A DNA stretch of 43,020 bases from Escherichia phage Ptacy1537. Both the position numbers and the translations under genes were made by a program. Shown piece by piece: positions 1 through 8,412 of the stretch (positions within the stretch are counted from its first letter, which is position 1; each line of letters opens with the position of its first letter). Under the pieces are notes generated by a model. The model searched no databases, had not been told where the DNA came from, and saw only the letters and a list, made by a program, of their open reading frames with translations. The stretch lies in the sequence record PQ863254.1; one strand, given 5' to 3'.

Positions 1-1914
1 ATGGCTCACATCTTCGAGAGTGAAGACGACATCCCGTTGGATTATGTCTTCGAAGAGGATTACGACGCCGACGAGGGTGCTGGAGAATACCTCAGCGACG
101 AGGACTTCGCACAGCTCCCCGCCTTAGAGCAAGAGCGTGTAATCCGAATGGAGCAGCTGAGAGAGCTGCAACGCTACTACAAAGACTTCAACACCTTCCT
201 GCTGGACGCGATGATTCACCTGGGCTTCTCCTTATCGAAGGTCCAGGCCGACATCGGCAAGTTCATGGCATACGGGCCGAAGTACCTGATGGTGCAGGCC
301 CAGCGTTCCCAGGCAAAGACAACCATCGCTGCCGCCTTCTGTGTATGGACCTTGATTCACGACCCGCGACACCGTATCCTGATTATATCAGCAGGGGGCG
401 ACCAGGCCGACGATATCTCCAAGCTGGTTACTGGCTTGATTATGGATATGGACGTCCTGGAGTGTATGCGGCCGGACAAGTCCAAAGGCGACCGCGTAAG
501 CGTTAAAAAATTCGACGTCCACTATTCACTGCGCAAGCTGGATAAGTCGGCGTCAGTATCCTGTTGCGGTATTACGGCAAACTTGCAGGGTCGGCGTGCT
601 GACCTGTTGCTGGCAGATGACATTGAGTCACAGAAGAACTCCCTGACGGCCCTCATGCGTGAGCAGCTGCTGGCGAAGACCCTGGACTTCATCTCCATCA
701 ACCAGTCTGGCCGTATCCTGTACCTGGGTACTCCGCAGTCCTCGGACTCAATCTACAACACACTCGCTGGCCGTGGTTACGCAATCCGTATCTGGCCTGG
801 CCGATTCCCTACTGCTGAGCAGCGTCCGTACTACGGTGAGTTCCTGGCACCGATGCTGGACGATATGTCGAAGAAGCACCCGGAGCTGCTGGAAGGCGGC
901 GGTGCGAACTACGACCAGGGCCGTCCCATCGAACCTTCGTTCCTGGGTGAAGACCTGCTGCAAGCGAAGGAGCGTGACCAGGGGCCGTCTTGGTTCCAGC
1001 TCCAGCACATGCTGAATACCAAGCTGATGGACGCCGAGCGCTATCCTCTGAAGTCAGAGAATATCATCGTGTTGCCTATCCGTATTGGAGACCAGCTCCC
1101 ATATGAGGTAAAACGTGGCTACGCATTCCAAGAATACCAGCTCCTCGGTAAATCTTATCGATTCGCTCTTGCGCACTCAATCAGCCCTGCTGTCGAGTAC
1201 CCAACCGGAATCAACTTCTACATCGACCCAGCGGGCGGGGGTAAAGGCAAAGGCACCCACGGAGGTGACGAAACCGGGTGGGCCTGCACAGCGTTCCTGA
1301 ATGGCAACATCTTCTGCCTCGGGTATGGCGGTGTTAAGGGTGGCTACGATGAGACCCAGCTTGATGAGCTTGCCAAGTTGGTTGCAAAGTTCAAGCCCAA
1401 TACCGTCACCATTGAGAAGAACTACGGCTTCGGTGCGTTCGCTGCTGTATTCCTGCCAATCCTCCGCAAGCACTATACAGATTGTGAGGTGCTTGAGGAT
1501 ATGGTCGGCAATGCGCAGAAAGAGATTCGTATAATCGACACTCTGGAGCCCATCATTGCCCGTGGCTCTCTCATCATGGCAGAGTCGGCTATCAAGGGAG
1601 AGCCTAACACCCTCACCAAACATCCTGAAGTAAACCGCATCACGTACATGCTGTGGCAGCAGATGGGCCTCCTCACCCGTGAGAAGGACTCCCTGGTCCA
1701 CGATGACCGTCTTGATGCACTGGCGGGCTCCTGTGCCCATTGGCAGGAGCAGCTGAAGGTTGACCAGGAGAGGGTGCTTGCGGCCCGTGCAGAGGCTGAG
1801 ATGCAGGCATTCTGGAAAGACCCACTAGGTCACAACCGCTACCGCACCCAGGGCCAAATGGCCAACCAGGGTACAAACAACATGCTGGCATACCGCCGCA
1901 ACCAACGCCGCTGA
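1..1914 (+). CDS. Terminase large subunit (T7 gp19-like)
   Basis: 637-aa ORF. N-terminal region matches the remembered T7 gp19 pattern (FxxF..., RSQAKTT, CVWTL..DPRHRILIISAGGDQADD). May wrap from the window end. Confidence 0.85.
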   Translation: MAHIFESEDDIPLDYVFEEDYDADEGAGEYLSDEDFAQLPALEQERVIRMEQLRELQRYYKDFNTFLLDAMIHLGFSLSKVQADIGKFMAYGPKYLMVQAQRSQAKTTIAAAFCVWTLIHDPRHRILIISAGGDQADDISKLVTGLIMDMDVLECMRPDKSKGDRVSVKKFDVHYSLRKLDKSASVSCCGITANLQGRRADLLLADDIESQKNSLTALMREQLLAKTLDFISINQSGRILYLGTPQSSDSIYNTLAGRGYAIRIWPGRFPTAEQRPYYGEFLAPMLDDMSKKHPELLEGGGANYDQGRPIEPSFLGEDLLQAKERDQGPSWFQLQHMLNTKLMDAERYPLKSENIIVLPIRIGDQLPYEVKRGYAFQEYQLLGKSYRFALAHSISPAVEYPTGINFYIDPAGGGKGKGTHGGDETGWACTAFLNGNIFCLGYGGVKGGYDETQLDELAKLVAKFKPNTVTIEKNYGFGAFAAVFLPILRKHYTDCEVLEDMVGNAQKEIRIIDTLEPIIARGSLIMAESAIKGEPNTLTKHPEVNRITYMLWQQMGLLTREKDSLVHDDRLDALAGSCAHWQEQLKVDQERVLAARAEAEMQAFWKDPLGHNRYRTQGQMANQGTNNMLAYRRNQRR

Positions 1915-1937
1915 AAGGCGGCTATAAGGAATATTAA

Positions 1938-2540
1938 ATGCGAGTATCTGACGTCCCATTCTGCCCGTCCATCCTGGCTGCTGCCCAGCTGCGTGTAGAG
2001 GTTTGCAAACTGTTCAACCACGCTGCCCTGATGAAGGACCGTGGCGGCACCTATGCCACTGACGTACTGGTCCCGTTCTGGACTGCTATTAAGGCCCTGG
2101 CGCAGCTGCCCAATGGCCGCCCGTACGACGGACCGTATCTGGGTGCGGGTATCCGGGACCTGCGGCCGCAGATTTACAAGTGTCTCACCTCCGTACGCAA
2201 GTTCCCACTGACCGCTAAGCCGGAGTTCGAGGCGCTATGTGATTGGGCTATTGCCACCGCTACCGCCTTGGCACCGACTGTAGATGTCACAGGCGTTACA
2301 GTAGCACCGGCCACTACCAGCATCGTAGCAGGTAACACCCGCAAGATTGTACCTACCGTGGCACCTGCTGACGCCACCAACAAGGGCGTTACGTGGACTA
2401 CCAGCGACCCGGCTGTGGCCACTGTTGCCTCTGACGGCACTGTCACTGCTGTTGCTGCTGGCACCTGCACTGTGACCTGTATCACTGTAGACGGCGGCTT
2501 CACTGCCACCACTGCGGTTACTGTAACTGAACCTGCTTAA
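1938..2540 (+). CDS. Hypothetical protein with C-terminal bacterial Ig-like (Big_2-like) domain
   Basis: 200-aa ORF with AAGGA 9 nt upstream of ATG. C-terminal about 80 aa is T/V/A-rich with VTWTTSDPAVATVASDGTVTAVAAGTCTVT, typical of Big_2 Ig-like folds. N-terminal half unrecognised. Confidence 0.55.
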   Translation: MRVSDVPFCPSILAAAQLRVEVCKLFNHAALMKDRGGTYATDVLVPFWTAIKALAQLPNGRPYDGPYLGAGIRDLRPQIYKCLTSVRKFPLTAKPEFEALCDWAIATATALAPTVDVTGVTVAPATTSIVAGNTRKIVPTVAPADATNKGVTWTTSDPAVATVASDGTVTAVAAGTCTVTCITVDGGFTATTAVTVTEPA

Positions 2541-2570
2541 TAGGGAGGCCCGGCGTACCGGGCATAGCTT

Positions 2571-3149
2571 ATGGGTATCAAAACTCGCGTAGGCTACTGC
2601 TCTGTAGCCGTCGTCCTGGCCCTGGTCAGTACCAACCACCCAGGGGAGATTCGAACCTCTAAGGAGGGCCTGGAGCTCCTCTCTGGTTATGAGGACTGCC
2701 GCACACAGGCATACCTGGACATCGTAGGAATCCCTACGTGCGGTATTGGCAGCACCTCCGGTGTCCGTATGGGCACTACCTGGACAGAGGCACAGGTGGC
2801 AGCTGCGTTCGTTAAGGACGTACAGGCGGCAGAGAAGTGCGTCCTCGTGTACTTTAACGGATACGCCATGCCGCAACCGGTGTTCGACTCTGTGACCTCT
2901 CTGGTGTTCAACACCGGATGCTGGGGTGCACGCTGGAACAACAAGCTGAACCGCCCGACTGGCATTGCTCAGTACGCTAAGGCGGAGGACTGGCAGAATG
3001 TGTGTTACAGATTGGGTGACTTCATCTACGCTGGCGGGAAGGTCTCTAATGGCCTAAAGAACCGTCGAGCTAAGGAGCAGGCTCACTGTATAAAGTGGCA
3101 AGTACCACAATCCTATGAGGGTTCCAGATGGACTCCAAATCCCCGTTGA
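2571..3149 (+). CDS. SAR endolysin (T4/P1 lysozyme-like muramidase, GH24)
   Basis: N-terminus is a weakly hydrophobic G/A/S-rich stretch (VGYCSVAVVLALVST) followed by EGLELLSGYEDCRTQAYLDIVGIPTCGIG, matching the catalytic E-D-T region of P1 Lyz / P21 R type signal-arrest-release endolysins. Confidence 0.75.
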   Translation: MGIKTRVGYCSVAVVLALVSTNHPGEIRTSKEGLELLSGYEDCRTQAYLDIVGIPTCGIGSTSGVRMGTTWTEAQVAAAFVKDVQAAEKCVLVYFNGYAMPQPVFDSVTSLVFNTGCWGARWNNKLNRPTGIAQYAKAEDWQNVCYRLGDFIYAGGKVSNGLKNRRAKEQAHCIKWQVPQSYEGSRWTPNPR

Positions 3150-3511
3150 TTAAACTGGCCGTAGTCGGCGCTGTATTGGTCGCTATGGTTATCCCGTCAT
3201 TAGTCGGGTATCACTACTACGGTAAGGTGGCAGTGCTCAAGCAGAGCGTTAAAGACCTCACCGACGACCTCGTCCATACCCAGGATACACTGGAGGCCAC
3301 CCTTGAGGGTGAGCAGCGTGCTAACCTGGCTTTATCCGAGCTTCGCAAGAAGAAGGGCTTAACCGATGCTGAACTTCAAAGTGCAAAATCCGAGCTGGAG
3401 CGTATTCACCTTCGCAACCCAGGCAACAATTGTCCTGTATTGCCTGCTGTCGCTGACAGGCTGCGGGCAGCAAACGACCAAGTACGTAAGAGTGGCTCCC
3501 TACGTCCCTGA
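3128..3511 (+). CDS. Rz-like inner-membrane spanin (i-spanin)
   Basis: 127 aa. N-terminal transmembrane segment (LIKLAVVGAVLVAMVIPSLVGY) followed by a charged coiled-coil region. Overlaps the endolysin stop. Confidence 0.6.
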   Translation: MDSKSPLIKLAVVGAVLVAMVIPSLVGYHYYGKVAVLKQSVKDLTDDLVHTQDTLEATLEGEQRANLALSELRKKKGLTDAELQSAKSELERIHLRNPGNNCPVLPAVADRLRAANDQVRKSGSLRP

Positions 3512-3662
3512 GAGCCTCTATGACCCGTGCACTCCACCAGCCTTACCTGAGGGTGTACTTGACCAGTTAATCATTGAGCAGCACGTCCTGGACCTCTATG
3601 GGACCATCTCAGGCTGCAATGATGACAAGGCTGAAATCAAGAAGCTACTCAGCGGTAAATAG
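3366..3662 (+). CDS. Rz1-like outer-membrane lipoprotein spanin (o-spanin), overlapping Rz in the +1 frame
   Basis: ORF starts inside the Rz gene in another frame and runs past its stop. Hydrophobic signal ends in lipobox LSLTGC; the mature part is Pro-rich (PYVPESLYDPCTPPALPEG). Confidence 0.5.
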   Translation: MLNFKVQNPSWSVFTFATQATIVLYCLLSLTGCGQQTTKYVRVAPYVPESLYDPCTPPALPEGVLDQLIIEQHVLDLYGTISGCNDDKAEIKKLLSGK

Positions 3663-4927
3663 TTGCCCGTTACAGTGCACTCCTCTTCCCGACTGGTGAG
3701 TGTACTGTTGCGGCCCAATTATGGCATAAAATTGTATGACCGGAGCGACCCTCGCGACACCCCTCGCTTCCCCCATAGGCCCTCCGCTTTGCACCATCGT
3801 GGAGCATTGGGCCGCCTCCGGGCACCTGGGCCTGCACTGGCAGGGCCATCATGGGCACCTATCGTGTGAGCTCCTGTAACTCCCTGTGCGACACTGTAGG
3901 CCATCACCGCTACCTACGTATCACCGTCTGGCTAATCGCCAGCCGTAGGGCCGCATAGGGCCATCTATCAGCTACTGGTTATCATCACTACTGCCTTATC
4001 GTTTATCAGAGTCGGACAAGGTAGACTCAAGGGTTATCATAGTCGGTCTGTTTAGCAGAGTGAGTACCATCACTCAGAGATTATAGTGTAGCTGAGTCCT
4101 TACTATAGCCGGGGAGTGAACCAGTGTCAACCCTATCTTATGACTATCTCACTACTCATTGTGTCGGGAGTGTCCTATTGTGTTAGACACGCGCTTAGCG
4201 TGGCTGTGCCCTTCTCTGTGCTCTTCCTATCGTGTGACAAGGGTAAGCCCTATCTCATACCTATCGTGCACTCACATTGCTTTATAGCGGCTCTTATTGT
4301 GTGTACAGGGGCGGGCTATCTGTATCCCTGTTTGCCAGCTCATCACACTGTTAACACATACCGTCTAACCATAGGGATAACCTGAGTCATACCCTACCAG
4401 TGACCTATCATCACACCTATCAAGCTATACACTGTATCCATAGTCTAATCGCCTATGGTAAGCACATAGTGATTCTACCGTTGAATATAAACATATCACA
4501 GATAGTGAGTACCTATCTGTCCACTACTAGCTCCACTGTCTAATCGCCAGTGGCTAACGTCCTATTCGTAGTCCTCCGCTACGCTCCGTACATACTCACT
4601 TCTGATACAGATAGAGAGAATTGTAACATACGTTACTACCTACCTATCCCTACCTGTAAGGCCCATTGCTTCGTTCTGTGCTCATAGAGTATGACGAATC
4701 AAACAGCACAGAGCCTGCACTCACAGTGCCTTAAATATAATCCTATTGAATACATACACTTAGCAATTAATTCGAATTTATTTGCAAATAACGCTTGCGC
4801 TTTTAGTCGGCTATACCCTATCATTCAATCACACCGCAGCAATCAGGCGGCAAGCAGTAAGAAGTACCGCTCTTTAACAATATGGTCATAGTATAGTGTG
4901 TCCTCTCAGGAGTATAGGGGATGATAC
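3663..4927. other. Large non-coding region, probable physical genome-end / terminal region in a circularly opened assembly
   Basis: No credible ORF (only short, overlapping, hydrophobic or low-complexity ORFs). Visibly lower GC, many CCTATC-type short repeats and three CTAATCGCC hairpins. Lies between the lysis cassette and the early promoter, where T7-like genomes have their ends. Confidence 0.5.
3928..4553 (+). repeat. Three hairpins sharing a CTAATCGCC core with different complementary stems
   Basis: 3928-3942 CTGGC-TAATC-GCCAG; 4438-4458 CCATAG-TCTAATCGC-CTATGG; 4533-4553 CCACTG-TCTAATCGC-CAGTGG. Stems are perfect inverted repeats that differ in sequence while the loop core is kept. Confidence 0.6.
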
Positions 4928-5299
4928 ATGACACTAAGCAAAGTACAACAAGCCGCGAACAAACAGGCCCAACGGTTAGCCAAACAGGCAGCCCGACAGG
5001 CCCAGAGTACCACAGAGCGTGCCCGTGCTGTGGCCTTGTGCAAAGCTGGCTCCTCAAAGGCTGGCAAGGCGGAGGCCCGCAGGATGGAGCTTGGAAAGCT
5101 GGCGTATAGTAAGACGGTCGGCGGTATGAATTATGCGGTGGATGCACGCAAGCAGCGCAAGCAGGATAAGCCCGCCGCCGCGAAGTACACTAAGCAAACA
5201 GACTTTGGTACACGTACCGCTACCTACGGTAGCAAGACAGATGCAACGGTTAACAGTTACCGCCGGGCTAAATCAGGCGATAACCTGCCACGTAAATAG
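4928..5299 (+). CDS. Hypothetical basic low-complexity protein (doubtful gene)
   Basis: 123-aa K/R/A/Q-rich ORF upstream of the early promoter. Weak RBS. Could be spurious. Confidence 0.3.
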   Translation: MTLSKVQQAANKQAQRLAKQAARQAQSTTERARAVALCKAGSSKAGKAEARRMELGKLAYSKTVGGMNYAVDARKQRKQDKPAAAKYTKQTDFGTRTATYGSKTDATVNSYRRAKSGDNLPRK

Positions 5300-5312
5300 T
5301 TTAAATAAATGC

Positions 5313-5341
5313 TTGACATTAACGAGGATGCACCATACTAT
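5313..5341 (+). promoter_or_regulatory. Candidate host sigma70-type early promoter
   Basis: TTGACA (5313-5318), 17-nt spacer, TACTAT (5336-5341). Sits upstream of the early gene block on the coding strand. Confidence 0.45.
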
Positions 5342-5868
5342 GACCATACAGACAGCGGAGACCGACACGGCAAACAACGTTAGGTGAGTCTCCAATGTTT
5401 GGGCCTTGCACTCGCAAGCGCTTTTGTGAAAGAGACTTTGATGTACACATTGTGGAAGTACCCAGCACAGAGGAAACTCCGGTGATGGGAAGTGGAAGGT
5501 GCTTAAGTGCGATTGCCACGAGGAACCGCGATGGGGAAGCGTAGTATAGGGACGATAACCCTTTAAAGATATCAGGCCGGGTGAGATGGTAGGTCAGTTA
5601 TAAAATCCATCGATAATAGTGTTTGGCGAGCATTCCCTCCACCGAACGGGAGAAATCGCATCCAGCGTCACTGAGCGGGACAAGTCTCAAACGTATTGGA
5701 TTAACATCTGCTCCTGAGTAGGACGGGTAACGCGGTTAGCGCATGGTGACACTGTGAAGTGGTTCGATGCAATGCTTGACGCCTACCGACGCGAAAGGGA
5801 GCGGGTTAACATATGAGTATTCAATGGTGAGTATTCATACCTTTAACCAAACGATGAGGATTTACAAA

Positions 5869-6429
5869 ATGGCTACTACCAAAACCGCTAAAGCTACCAA
5901 AACCACTTCTGATTTCGTCAAGCTGGCTATGATTCCGGCTGATTTGGATAAGGCGATTGACCGTGTGTGTGTCGCTTCCAAGACGCTGCAATCTGACATC
6001 CACGATGTGGCCGTGGCTATCATGGTTCACACCTACAACCACAACGATTTCAGCAAGGCACAGACCCTTGTCGATGGCCTGGGTGAGGGTGTGCGCCGTG
6101 GTGCTCTGGTTGAGTGGTTCCAGGCCGCAGGTCTGAAGGTAAACGCTGAGGCTGGCGCTTTCTCTGGCTTCAACAAGGCCAAGATGGAAGATAAGTGGGA
6201 TAAGGTTAAATCCACGCCGTGGTATACCATGAAGCCGGAGCGCCCGTTTGCTGGCTTTGACCTGATGGCTGAGCTTGAGCGCCTGCTGTCTAAGGCTGAG
6301 AAGGCGACTAAGAAGAACGCCGACACGCCGGAGGACCAACGTGCTGAGGGTTACACTTTTGTGTGCGATGCCGACAAGCTGGCCGCCCTGCGTGCGATGA
6401 TTCACCCGGCAACGCAGACTGTTAACTAA
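5869..6429 (+). CDS. Early hypothetical protein
   Basis: ATG at 5869 with GAGGA 8 nt upstream (chosen over the 5767 start in the ORF track). 186 aa, no recognised domain. Confidence 0.6.
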   Translation: MATTKTAKATKTTSDFVKLAMIPADLDKAIDRVCVASKTLQSDIHDVAVAIMVHTYNHNDFSKAQTLVDGLGEGVRRGALVEWFQAAGLKVNAEAGAFSGFNKAKMEDKWDKVKSTPWYTMKPERPFAGFDLMAELERLLSKAEKATKKNADTPEDQRAEGYTFVCDADKLAALRAMIHPATQTVN

Positions 6430-6490
6430 GTGCTATCCGCAAGCCTGCTCAATGAGTGGGCTTGATGACTATCACTGAGGAGTTATCACG

Positions 6491-6883
6491 ATGAGCAAAA
6501 CAAAGATTCTTACCTTCCTGCGGGAGTGGTTACAGTATTCCGACGCCTGCATGAAGGCACACAAGGCGGGCGAGGAGAAGCCGCACTCGCAGACGTTCAC
6601 GCCGTATGATGGGTTGTGTGGCAACCTCGACCGCTGGGCGCGTGCTTACGCCCGCCGGGAGCAGCTTAACTTTGATGCGGAGCGCCAATTTAACCGGGGC
6701 TTATGTACGGCGCTGAAAGACCTGTTCCGGGCCGATGGCCTGTGTACCTGTTGGACGTTCGGAGAGCGTAGCTTTAAGATGCGCTTTGACCGGGAGTCTA
6801 ACGCACGGTGCCCTAACCGCCGCCGCTGGGTGAAGAATACTATCGCACAGCTTGAGAAGGAGCTATCCGATGGCAATCACTAA
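6491..6883 (+). CDS. Early hypothetical protein, paralog family member A
   Basis: 130 aa. Shares FL(R/T)xWL...F(T/R)PY(D/T)GLC with the 7166..7489 product. Confidence 0.6.
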   Translation: MSKTKILTFLREWLQYSDACMKAHKAGEEKPHSQTFTPYDGLCGNLDRWARAYARREQLNFDAERQFNRGLCTALKDLFRADGLCTCWTFGERSFKMRFDRESNARCPNRRRWVKNTIAQLEKELSDGNH

Positions 6884-7169
6884 GATATCCTTTCTGGCCC
6901 GCTACCACACGCGGGAAATCAGGGAAGTAATACTATCCCCGTGCTGGCCTACTCTTGAGAAAGAGGTCACGGTACAGCACGATAAAGAGGCCGTGTTCGT
7001 ACTCGGGCCGGGGCCATGTGGCAAGACGGTTGACAAGCTGGATGTACGGTATCAGGAGCACGATATTGTTATCACTCAGTACCACGATGATGGTACACTT
7101 AAAGAATTTGCATACCAGCGCGAAGATGTGCTGGGTCGTATAACTATTGAGCGGAGTGTATTTCAATGA
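6870..7169 (+). CDS. Early hypothetical protein
   Basis: ATG at 6870 preceded by GAGAAGGAG. 99 aa. No recognised domain. Confidence 0.5.
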   Translation: MAITKISFLARYHTREIREVILSPCWPTLEKEVTVQHDKEAVFVLGPGPCGKTVDKLDVRYQEHDIVITQYHDDGTLKEFAYQREDVLGRITIERSVFQ

Positions 7170-7489
7170 CCAAAGAGATGAGAGAGTTTCTCACAGCGTG
7201 GCTTGATTGGGCCACGAGCGGCGACGTTAAAGACCATAAATACGGCTGTATATTCCGCCCGTATACCGGGCTGTGTGCTGCTGCGGATTACTGGACAGTA
7301 GACGATGGCCCGGCGCACTACGAACTCATTAGCGAGTTGGGTGATATGCTGGAAGCCGGTGGGTTGGCCACGGACTATCCTTTTGACACCCCGCGTAGCT
7401 ATGACGCTGCCGCAGAGGCAGGCACACAGCACCTTAACCCGGCCCGCCTGGCGTGGGTACGTGCTAAGCTGGAGGTGTCAGATGAGTGA
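7166..7489 (+). CDS. Early hypothetical protein, paralog family member B
   Basis: 107 aa. EFLTAWLDWA...FRPYTGLCAA parallels TFLREWLQYS...FTPYDGLCGN of 6491..6883. ATGA-type overlap with flanking genes. Confidence 0.6.
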   Translation: MTKEMREFLTAWLDWATSGDVKDHKYGCIFRPYTGLCAAADYWTVDDGPAHYELISELGDMLEAGGLATDYPFDTPRSYDAAAEAGTQHLNPARLAWVRAKLEVSDE

Positions 7490-7898
7490 TATCTTTGTTG
7501 GTTTAAAAGTGCGGGCCCGGAAAGATAGCTTGGGCACTGCGATTGAGAACGAGGGGCGCACTGCGGTGGTGTGTACTGTGGATGCAAATAAGGTATTCTA
7601 CAAATACAAGCACCGCCCGACAGTGTACCAGATTACCACTAACCGCTTTTGGGACCGCTTTGAAAGTGTCGAAGATGATAAACCTACTGGCGTCTCCGCG
7701 ACTGCTGGTCATTGTGCTGGTAATGGTGGTCTGCGCGGGCACAGTGTTGGAGATGTATTCCCTGTGGTCGTTTATCAGCGCGGGACTCCTGGCTTTATAA
7801 CGCACTGGCTACGCCTGCCGGATGGCCGGGACATCGGCCCGTACCATAGCTACGATGATGTACACCGTGCCGCAGCATGGCACAAAGATAACCTGTGA
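7482..7898 (+). CDS. Early hypothetical protein
   Basis: ATG at 7482 overlapping the upstream stop; 138 aa (MSDIFVGLKV...). The longer 7305 start in the ORF track would overlap the upstream gene. Confidence 0.5.
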   Translation: MSDIFVGLKVRARKDSLGTAIENEGRTAVVCTVDANKVFYKYKHRPTVYQITTNRFWDRFESVEDDKPTGVSATAGHCAGNGGLRGHSVGDVFPVVVYQRGTPGFITHWLRLPDGRDIGPYHSYDDVHRAAAWHKDNL

Positions 7899-7908
7899 GG
7901 ATATTACT

Positions 7909-8139
7909 ATGACTGTTAAGATTAAAGAACGTACCCCGGCTAAGACACTGGTTCATTTCCGCAACATAAAGCCGGGCCAGTTCTTCGTGTATTCGTCAGA
8001 ACACAGCGAGCGCAATCTGCAATTACGTACCGACACCGGTGCTGTTATCGTAGAGACCGGGGTACATGACGAGGAGGACATCTACTCTAAAGATGCGGTG
8101 TTTGAAGTTATCCGCGATGTAGATATCTTCTGGGGCTAG
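7909..8139 (+). CDS. Early hypothetical protein
   Basis: ATG at 7909 with GAGGA upstream. 76 aa. Confidence 0.5.
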   Translation: MTVKIKERTPAKTLVHFRNIKPGQFFVYSSEHSERNLQLRTDTGAVIVETGVHDEEDIYSKDAVFEVIRDVDIFWG

Positions 8140-8199
8140 TGGTTTGCCGAAGGGCCTGCACTCGCGGGCCTTTTATCAATATCACTGTGGAGTTATGAG

Positions 8200-8412
8200 A
8201 TGAAACAAGATGTGTGCTTTAACGCCGCATTGAAGGCACAGCTGCGCCGTATTGCTGGCGACTGTGACGAGGAAATGTGGTGGAATATGTCCGAGCTTGA
8301 GGACCGTGCGATTCAGGCCCGTGAGAAACTTCGCCGGATGTACTCCGAACGTGCTGCGGCCGTCGGGATGTCCCTTAATGGCTACTGCGCCCGCTTTGGA
8401 GTGAAGCTATGA
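8200..8412 (+). CDS. Early hypothetical protein
   Basis: 70-aa ORF with GGAG upstream. Stop overlaps the next start. Confidence 0.5.
   Translation: MKQDVCFNAALKAQLRRIAGDCDEEMWWNMSELEDRAIQAREKLRRMYSERAAAVGMSLNGYCARFGVKL

Noticed and set aside
2641-2660. TpsiC-loop-like sequence (GGTTCGAATC on the minus strand) that might indicate a tRNA gene
   Set aside because: The flanking sequence does not form a matching T-stem or acceptor stem, and it lies inside the SAR region of the endolysin coding sequence. It is a chance match.
3663-4385. Short ORFs in the non-coding terminal region (3663..3869, 4116..4385 and others)
   Set aside because: They overlap each other, are hydrophobic or low-complexity, lack ribosome-binding sites and sit in a repeat-rich, lower-GC region better explained as non-coding.
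5767-5868. Upstream start (5767) for the first early gene given in the ORF track
   Set aside because: The ATG at 5869 has a GAGGA ribosome-binding site at correct spacing. The 5767 extension would begin at the edge of promoter-like sequence with no ribosome-binding site.
8153-8175. Possible rho-independent terminator at GGGCCTGCACTCGCGGGCCTTTTATC
   Set aside because: Only a 4-bp GGCC/GGCC stem can form and the T-run is short. The sequence is better explained as one copy of the genome-wide CCTGCACTCGC motif.
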